The translations under genes and the position numbers were made by a program. Below are positions 58,182-64,000 of a stretch of 64,000 nucleotides of DNA, piece after piece; within the stretch, counting starts at the first letter, position 1; every line of letters starts with the position of its first letter. The stretch comes from Gemmatimonadota bacterium (GTDB lineage: Bacteria > Gemmatimonadota > Gemmatimonadetes > Palauibacterales > KS3-K002), in the NCBI GenBank assembly GCA_039588015.1, contig JBDHAS010000001.1, forward strand, positions 51,476 through 115,475. The letters are read 5' to 3'. The notes under the pieces are model-generated. The model did no database searches, had not been told where the DNA came from, and saw nothing but the letters and a program-made list of their open reading frames with translations.

Positions 58182-59606
58182 ATGCCGCGGACCTTGCTGG
58201 ATTTCTTCGCCGAGGAGGCGGACGACTATCTGAACAAGCTGAGGCGCGCTCTCGGCAGTGCCGGTACGCCGGACGCCGCGGAATTACGACGCCTTGCCCG
58301 CGCCCTGCGCGGGAGCGCGCGGATGGCGGACCAGGAGGCGATCGCCCGCGCCGCCAGCGCCGTCCAGGCGGTGGCCGATGACCTCGCGGCGGGCCGGCGC
58401 CATTGGGGTCCATACCTTCGTCAGACGCTGGAGACCGCGGTCAGCGAGATTAGGCAGATGGTGAAGACGGTCGATTCGCCGCCACCGGACCAGGCCCATC
58501 GGGCCGAGGCCCTGGCACGGCGGCTGGGCGAATCGACGAACCCGCCGCCGCCGTCGCCCAAGGATCGCGAACGGTTCAGGTTGTTTCTGGGCACGGAACT
58601 CAGAGGACTCGCCTCCGAGATCGGCGATGCGCTTTCGGTGCTGGAGCGCGACCCGCGCAACCGCGATCCGCTGAAGAGGTTGCTGCGCCGCATCCGCCCT
58701 CTGCGGGGTATTGAAGGCGTCGATCAGACGCCCGCCGTCGGCTCCGCCGTCTCGGCCGTCGAGGAAGTGATCCTCAGAATCGCCGACACGAGTGCGACGG
58801 TTGGCCCCGGGCATCTGGTTCTCTTCCGGCGCGCACAACAAGCGTTGGAGGATGTGGCCACCGAGTTGATCAGAGGCGAGGAGCCCGAGGTGGGCGAAGT
58901 GGGACCAACGGAGATCGAGGATCTGAAGGAGCAGGTGTTGGACATAGCTGCGCAACGCGAGATCATGTGGGTCAGCGAGTTGTTCGAGGATTCGCCCGGC
59001 CCGCATCTGGAAGCGTGTCCGATGGCGGAACTGGGAGCCGGGTCGTGGGAGGCGTTCTTCGCCCTTGAGCTCACGGGCAGCCTCGATACCGGCGATCGGC
59101 TGCGCACGGAGATGACGGGCGGCGGGGAAGGAGTAAGGAGGGCGGGCGAGGAACTGGCTTTCACGTTCAGGCAGCTGCGCGAGCGAGCGGTGACGTTCGG
59201 CCACCCCGATCTTGGAAGGGTTGCAAGGCGCGCGGGCGCGGCCGTGCGCGCGGCGCTGGAAGGTCCGCGCTGGCGGCTGCAGACGATGGGGGTCGAGATC
59301 GGCGATACACTGACAGCGCTTCGTGCCTACCTCCAGGCGGAGAGCGATGGAGAACGACGTAAAGCTCTCGAACGCGCTGAGGTAACGTTACAGGCTGTAG
59401 CCCAGCCGGCCGAAGAACGCATCGTGGACATCGAGTCGCTGCTGTACAGTCCTCAGGATGCGCTCGCGCGGGCGAAGGAACTGTCGCATGCAGTGAATGG
59501 GATGCTGAAGGTCGGAGACGCGGATTCGGCCGAAGTTCGTGCCACTCTGCAGGAAGCCTTGGACCTGGTCGAGCAGGCGCTAGAGAAGACGGGCTTGCCA
59601 GAATGA
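58182..59606 (+). CDS. Hypothetical all-helical protein with repeated degenerate Hpt-like four-helix-bundle segments
   Basis: N-terminus LLDFFAEEADDYLNKL resembles the CheA-P1/Hpt opening, but the phospho-His position reads LRGSARMA (R not H). Similar LRPLRGIEGV and RRAGAAV repeats follow. AGGGAG SD. Confidence 0.4.
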   Translation: MPRTLLDFFAEEADDYLNKLRRALGSAGTPDAAELRRLARALRGSARMADQEAIARAASAVQAVADDLAAGRRHWGPYLRQTLETAVSEIRQMVKTVDSPPPDQAHRAEALARRLGESTNPPPPSPKDRERFRLFLGTELRGLASEIGDALSVLERDPRNRDPLKRLLRRIRPLRGIEGVDQTPAVGSAVSAVEEVILRIADTSATVGPGHLVLFRRAQQALEDVATELIRGEEPEVGEVGPTEIEDLKEQVLDIAAQREIMWVSELFEDSPGPHLEACPMAELGAGSWEAFFALELTGSLDTGDRLRTEMTGGGEGVRRAGEELAFTFRQLRERAVTFGHPDLGRVARRAGAAVRAALEGPRWRLQTMGVEIGDTLTALRAYLQAESDGERRKALERAEVTLQAVAQPAEERIVDIESLLYSPQDALARAKELSHAVNGMLKVGDADSAEVRATLQEALDLVEQALEKTGLPE

Positions 59607-60625
59607 CTCGCGCCTGGCAGACGGTCATCGGGCTCGCCGTCAGCCTCGGCCTACTGTATTGGGCCCTACACGACGTCTCACTCGCAAAACTCTGGGAACA
59701 CCTCCGGGCGGCTAACATCTGGCTGCTCCTCTTGGCCATCACCATTCAGACTACCGCGATGCTGATCCGTGCGGTGCGCTGGAGAGTGTTCCTCAAACCC
59801 GCGTTGGCGAGACCGTCGTACTACGCCCGCTTCGCGAGCTGCTGCATCGGGTTCATGGCTAACAATTTGCTACCTGCGCGCGTCGGCGAGTTCGCGCGCG
59901 CCTACGCGCTCAGCAAAAGCCAGCCCATAACGGTCAGCGCCTCGTTCGGGTCGCTGGTCGTAGAGCGGCTGTTCGATGGTCTGACATTGGCTGCGTTTCT
60001 CGCAGCGCCCGTCTTCTTGCCCGGTTTCCGACTCGCTCCCGGCCTCGGTGACGAGGTTGTGGGCGAGGTACTGTTCGTGTTCTTGATCTTCGGTGGCGGT
60101 GCGGCGGCGTTGATGGTACTGATCTGGCGGCCCGATCTCGCCATTCGCGTGTTCCGCGCTACTTTCGGCCGGTTGCTGCCCAGACGGGCCGCAGACAAGA
60201 TAGCCCAGATCATGAAGTCCTTCATCGAAGGGCTTGGAGCCATGCGGCGCTTCGACCTGGTGGCCGCGGGTTTCGCCTGGTCTATCGTTCACTGGCTTTG
60301 GGGGGCGCTCGCCCTCTACGTAGGCATGCTCGCTTTCGGTATCACTCGGCCCGGTTACCTCGGCGCCGTTTTCCTCCAAGCCGTGAACGCGTTCGCCGTC
60401 TCTATCCCTTCCTCGCCCGGCTTCTTCGGGCCCTTCGAAGCGAGCGTACGGCTGGCGCTCTCGCCGTTTGGAGTCCCGGCCAGTCAGGCTGTGAGCTTCG
60501 CGGCCGCCTTCCACATCGGAGCATTCGCTCCTGTAACGATCTTGGGTTTGTACTATCTCAGCCGGTTGGGTCTCTCGTGGCGTGAGGTCGGACACAGTGA
60601 GGAGATCGTCGAAGAAAGCGCTTGA
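59603..60625 (+). CDS. UPF0104/LPG-synthase-TM (flippase-like) integral membrane protein
   Basis: LLYWALHDVSLAKLWEHLRAANIWLLLLAI...RAVRWRVFL...NNLLPARVGEFARAYALSK is the conserved core of the lysylphosphatidylglycerol-synthase TM / UPF0104 family. Confidence 0.8.
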   Translation: MTRAWQTVIGLAVSLGLLYWALHDVSLAKLWEHLRAANIWLLLLAITIQTTAMLIRAVRWRVFLKPALARPSYYARFASCCIGFMANNLLPARVGEFARAYALSKSQPITVSASFGSLVVERLFDGLTLAAFLAAPVFLPGFRLAPGLGDEVVGEVLFVFLIFGGGAAALMVLIWRPDLAIRVFRATFGRLLPRRAADKIAQIMKSFIEGLGAMRRFDLVAAGFAWSIVHWLWGALALYVGMLAFGITRPGYLGAVFLQAVNAFAVSIPSSPGFFGPFEASVRLALSPFGVPASQAVSFAAAFHIGAFAPVTILGLYYLSRLGLSWREVGHSEEIVEESA

Positions 60626-60661
60626 GCCCCCGCTCAGTACTCGGGAAGTGGAGAAGCGACG

Positions 60662-61549
60662 ATGAGGACCGGTTCTTGGCTCGAGGCGGAGGCCCGCGCC
60701 AAGGTCAACCTGCGGCTGCGGATATTCCCCTGCGCGGCCGATGGCTTTCACCCCCTGGAGACGATCTTCTGTCGAATCGATCTGGCCGATCGCGTGCGGC
60801 TACGTCCGAAGGCCGAGCCCGGCGTCTCGCTGGTCGTGACCGGTTCAGAGGCCGTGCCTGACGGGCGGGAGAACCTGGCCTTCCGGGCGGCCGCGCTGTT
60901 CCTGGCGCAGAGCGGCGCCGACCATGGCGTGAAGATCGAGTTGGAGAAGAGAATACCGGTAGGGTCCGGGCTGGGGGGCGGTTCGAGTGATGCCGCCGCC
61001 GTGTTGAGCCTGCTGCGGGCGAGCACCGAGTCGCCACACGACAGCACCGAACTACTGGCGATGGCTGCGGAGCTCGGCTCCGATGTCCCGTTCTTCGTGA
61101 CGGACGAGCCGCTGGCGATCGGATGGGGCCGTGGCCACCGTCTATTTCCGGTCCAGCCCGTGGAAACACTTCCCATGCTGGTTCTTGTCCCCGAGACGCG
61201 CATTCCGACGGCTGAGGCCTACGCGCGTTGGGACCAGTGGTATGAGGATGCAGGAGTGGCCGCATCCGCACACCCGTTCGAGCTCTCCGTGGCCGCGCTG
61301 GCTAGTTGGAGCGGGATTCGCTCGCTCGCGGACAACGACTTCGAGCCCGTCATCTATGGCTGGTATCCACCGCTCGGGGATTTGAAGCAGCGTTTGGACC
61401 GGACGGAGCCGCTCGTAGCACTTCTGTCGGGTAGCGGCTCTGCTCTGTTCGCCGTCTACGAGGACGAGGAGCAACGGGACAACGTCGCTGAGGAGTTGCG
61501 GCGAGAGCTGGTGGGCGTGAGGGTCGTCAGCGCTCGCGGGCCTGTGTAA
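60662..61549 (+). CDS. ispE: 4-diphosphocytidyl-2-C-methyl-D-erythritol kinase (IspE)
   Basis: AKVNLRLRI...IPVGSGLGGGSSDAAAVL GHMP kinase motif. Confidence 0.9.
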   Translation: MRTGSWLEAEARAKVNLRLRIFPCAADGFHPLETIFCRIDLADRVRLRPKAEPGVSLVVTGSEAVPDGRENLAFRAAALFLAQSGADHGVKIELEKRIPVGSGLGGGSSDAAAVLSLLRASTESPHDSTELLAMAAELGSDVPFFVTDEPLAIGWGRGHRLFPVQPVETLPMLVLVPETRIPTAEAYARWDQWYEDAGVAASAHPFELSVAALASWSGIRSLADNDFEPVIYGWYPPLGDLKQRLDRTEPLVALLSGSGSALFAVYEDEEQRDNVAEELRRELVGVRVVSARGPV

Positions 61550-62123
61550 GTCTCCGTTCCGGATCGTCTGGCCCCCGTTCGGACCGCACCAACTGTCCAG
61601 GCACCGCCGGCAACGTGACCGCGTCATCTTCCACGCGCTCCACGTCACCGCGACCCCAATAGGCGTAGGTTCGAGGTCCGCAAGAGACCACCGCGATCAG
61701 CGCATCCGTTCGGCGGCGGAAATCGTCGATATCGGTGCGCGAGAGGTAGCAATTCCGCTCCAGCTCCTGTGTGTTCGAGCTTCCCAGCGCCGATCCGGCG
61801 GCGGGGTGATTGTGCCACGTGCCGAGCACGGCCAAGCCCGGCTGGCAGCTTGCCGCTTGCACCCGTCCTGTCTCGGACGTGTAGATGTGGGGCATGCGGA
61901 AGTTCGTTACGTGAAGGTCAGCCCCTCGCTGCTCACCCTCGAGACAGAGAACGAGTTCCGTATCGAATTTCTCGAATAGCAGGGCGAGATTGTCGGAGAC
62001 GGCGGGAGCCATCACCAGCGTACCGAAGCGGGATTCGCCAGCTACCCCGTACTCGTCGAATCCGGCGTGTCGGCCCGCGATCAGGCACAGAGCGGATATC
62101 AGCAGCAAAAGGGACAGTCGCAC
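61527..62123 (-). CDS. Hypothetical secreted protein (about 198 aa)
   Basis: GTG at 62123 with GGGAGG SD; signal peptide VRLSLLLLISALCLIAG. No confident family; convergent overlap with the ispE 3' end. Confidence 0.4.
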   Translation of the reverse strand: MRLSLLLLISALCLIAGRHAGFDEYGVAGESRFGTLVMAPAVSDNLALLFEKFDTELVLCLEGEQRGADLHVTNFRMPHIYTSETGRVQAASCQPGLAVLGTWHNHPAAGSALGSSNTQELERNCYLSRTDIDDFRRRTDALIAVVSCGPRTYAYWGRGDVERVEDDAVTLPAVPGQLVRSERGPDDPERRLTQARER

Positions 62124-62412
62124 ACCAGCCTCCCTAATAATCACCTTTTCGTTTGAGGAACACACCTCGGTCCTTTGCCGTTCCGGCTGTCTAACGGCGC
62201 TCCTGACTGGACTGACGGGCGTCCGATTCTGAATCGGCGGGATCGGGGCGGGCAAGTAATTCTACCCGTGAGGCGCACGTATTGTTCGCGAGCCGGTCAG
62301 CCGCTTTCCATCGCGCGATCCTTGGATCCTGGATCTACAACGCGGCAGGGCTTGATCCGGGACGGCTGCAAGAAGAAATTGCGACGTTAGTCCGACGCCG
62401 TGCGCGGACTAC

Positions 62413-62483
62413 TGGCCCGTCGTCTAATGGCAGGACGCTGGACTTTGGATCCAGAAACGATGGTTCGACCCCATCCGGGCCAA
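62413..62483 (+). tRNA. tRNA-Gln (anticodon TTG) with U1:A72 pair
   Basis: Folded by hand. Acceptor TGGCCCG/CGGGCCA (7 bp); D-stem GTCT/GGAC; anticodon stem CTGGA/TCCAG with loop CTTTGGA (U33, TTG); variable loop AAAC; T-stem GATGG/CCATC with loop TTCGACC; discriminator A. CCA is not encoded. Confidence 0.8.
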
Positions 62484-62557
62484 TCCCCAAACAAACCCGG
62501 TTTCTTTCGGGCGGGCTTCAGGCGGCGCCCGCACGGGTGTCAGAGTGTCCTGCCAGC

Positions 62558-62752
62558 CTAGTTGATACGATGATGCCAGCTGCTGCTATCCTGCTGCCAG
62601 CGCAGGAATGTGTGGGCCTTCGTGAGCTCCTCGGTCGCCGTACGAATGGCGGCGGTGTCGATAGGGAGTCGGGAGCTGTCAAAGGTCTTCGCCAGCTTGT
62701 CCAGCATCGCGATGGTCTGAAGCAGGAACTCGGTGTCTAGAGCATGCCGCAT
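62558..62752 (-). CDS. Hypothetical small protein (64 aa) adjacent to tRNA-Gln
   Basis: ORF only; slightly lower GC than surroundings. May be spurious. Confidence 0.2.
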   Translation of the reverse strand: MRHALDTEFLLQTIAMLDKLAKTFDSSRLPIDTAAIRTATEELTKAHTFLRWQQDSSSWHHRIN

Positions 62753-62910
62753 GATTGGCTTTCCTTCAGGGCGGGAGATGAAGGCAGGTCGCGTCGGTGG
62801 TCGAGCGGGGGAGTACTTCCTCGACGAGCACGGGCTCCACATCTACGACGATCGTAGCTCGTGTGGGGTCACAAGGCCCCGGGCGGGGCAATCGCGCGAA
62901 TGCTGGTGCC

Positions 62911-63864
62911 CTAGGAAGGCAGCGCGAGCAGAACCACGAACGAGAGATAGGCCGCCAGGAAGACGGCGCCCTCCCAACGCGTCAGCCGAAGCGTGGTCCA
63001 GACGAAGGGTAGCAGCAAGACGCTCAGGGCGAGCATCACCGGGGCCTCGACCCTGATCACCGACTCCGCCACTGGGAGCGGTCGCGACATGGAGGCGACC
63101 CCCAACACGGCGAACATGTTGAAGATGTTAGAGCCGACGACGTTTCCGACGAGAATGTCACCCTCGTCCTGGATCGAGGCAGCGATTGCGGTGGCGAGCT
63201 CCGGCAGCGAAGTCCCTATGGCCACGACTGTTAGACCGATGGCTAACTCCGAGACGCCGAGAAATCGGGCCGTCGAGGCCGCGCCGCTCACGACCAGGTG
63301 AGCCCCGCCGAGCAGGGCGCCGAGCCCGACGGTCGTCAGCAGGAGATGGCCGAATAGCGTTCCGCCGGCGGGAACGAACTTCTGGTATTCCACCTCGATG
63401 GCGGGCGACTCGCGCCTCGCCCCCTCCAGCAGGTACAGCGTGTAGGCTATGAACCCTACGGCGAGCGACGCACCGTCCCAGGTGTTCAGCTCTCCATCGA
63501 GCGCGAAGATGTAGAAGGCGAGGGCAGCGAAGATCATGATCGGGACTTCGCGGACCAGCAGGCGCATCTGGACGCGAATAGGCCTGATTATGGCGGCGAT
63601 CCCGAGGATCAGGGCGATGTTCGCTACGTTCGAGCCGACGACGTTCCCGATCGCGATGTCGCCGCTCTGCCGAACGGATGCCACGACTCCCACAAGGAGT
63701 TCCGGCATGGACGTGCCCATCGCCACCACGGTGAGCCCAATGATCAGCGCGTTGACGCCCAGGCGCCGGGCCAGCCGCGAAGCTCCCCGGATCATGAGGT
63801 CGGCGCCTAGGTAGAGGGCTCCCAGGCCGAGGACGAACGTGATCAGTGGTTGTCCCATTTCCAT
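62911..63864 (-). CDS. CaCA-family sodium/calcium exchanger (YrbG-like)
   Basis: Duplicated alpha-repeats GTSMPELLVGVVA...GNVVGSNVANIALILG and GTSLPELATAIAASIQ...GNVVGSNIFNMFAVLG. ATG at 63864 (MEMGQPL). Confidence 0.85.
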   Translation of the reverse strand: MEMGQPLITFVLGLGALYLGADLMIRGASRLARRLGVNALIIGLTVVAMGTSMPELLVGVVASVRQSGDIAIGNVVGSNVANIALILGIAAIIRPIRVQMRLLVREVPIMIFAALAFYIFALDGELNTWDGASLAVGFIAYTLYLLEGARRESPAIEVEYQKFVPAGGTLFGHLLLTTVGLGALLGGAHLVVSGAASTARFLGVSELAIGLTVVAIGTSLPELATAIAASIQDEGDILVGNVVGSNIFNMFAVLGVASMSRPLPVAESVIRVEAPVMLALSVLLLPFVWTTLRLTRWEGAVFLAAYLSFVVLLALPS

Positions 63865-64000
63865 TGACCGAACAAATGTGGAGCGTGTGCGCGTATTGGA
63901 CAAGGCGGAGAAGAAGAGGTCCTTAAAAACTCCGCTTCCCTGCGGCCAAGGGCGGCTCGGCCGCGAAAACGGTGGGACGCCCGGTTGACGCCTATTTGGG

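Noticed and set aside
61527-62123. Possible JAMM/MPN metalloprotease motif (HNHPAAGSALGSSNTQ) in the secreted hypothetical protein
   Set aside because: Spacing does not fit HxHx7Sx2D (Gly at the Ser position, no Asp), and no upstream Glu motif was found. Left as hypothetical.
1-64000. CRISPR arrays, IS elements, integrases, prophage genes, toxin-antitoxin pairs
   Set aside because: Scanned for regularly spaced direct repeats, transposase/integrase motifs (DDE, R-H-R-Y), and small paired ORFs; none found. The only low-complexity repeats are codon-level Ala/Arg tracts inside coding regions.

Overview
This is a gene-dense, high-GC (roughly 65-68%) bacterial chromosomal window of about 55 protein genes and one tRNA. 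I found no CRISPR array, rRNA, transposase or integrase. Most of the content is housekeeping: lepA, glmM-like/glmS, dtd, maf, mtnA, glpK, recA-recX, alaS, cca, rarA, hflX, pdxJ, ispE, purD, fpg, an M16 peptidase and a quinone prenylation/decarboxylation/methylation set (UbiE/MenG, UbiD, UbiA, UbiX). The high GC content produces many long spurious antisense ORFs in the six-frame track, and I rejected these. The best candidates for something undescribed, none of them a defined system, are: (a) a translationally coupled GHKL-ATPase + DUF4325 (STAS-like) pair downstream of two sugar kinases and an 18-bp perfect palindrome; (b) a four-gene overlapping ECF sigma / zf-HC2 anti-sigma / beta-helical polytopic membrane protein / DUF4097 operon; (c) a chemoreceptor and small membrane protein embedded in the quinone-tail cluster; (d) a CcmF-like membrane protein that appears to lack the WWD heme-handling motif; (e) a protein of repeated degenerate Hpt-like bundles coupled to a UPF0104 flippase-like gene; and (f) a secreted TPR protein coupled to a DUF1028-peptidoglycan-binding protein. 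All functional calls rest on motif recognition by eye, and start codons were refined by in-frame ATG/GTG plus Shine-Dalgarno context where I could.
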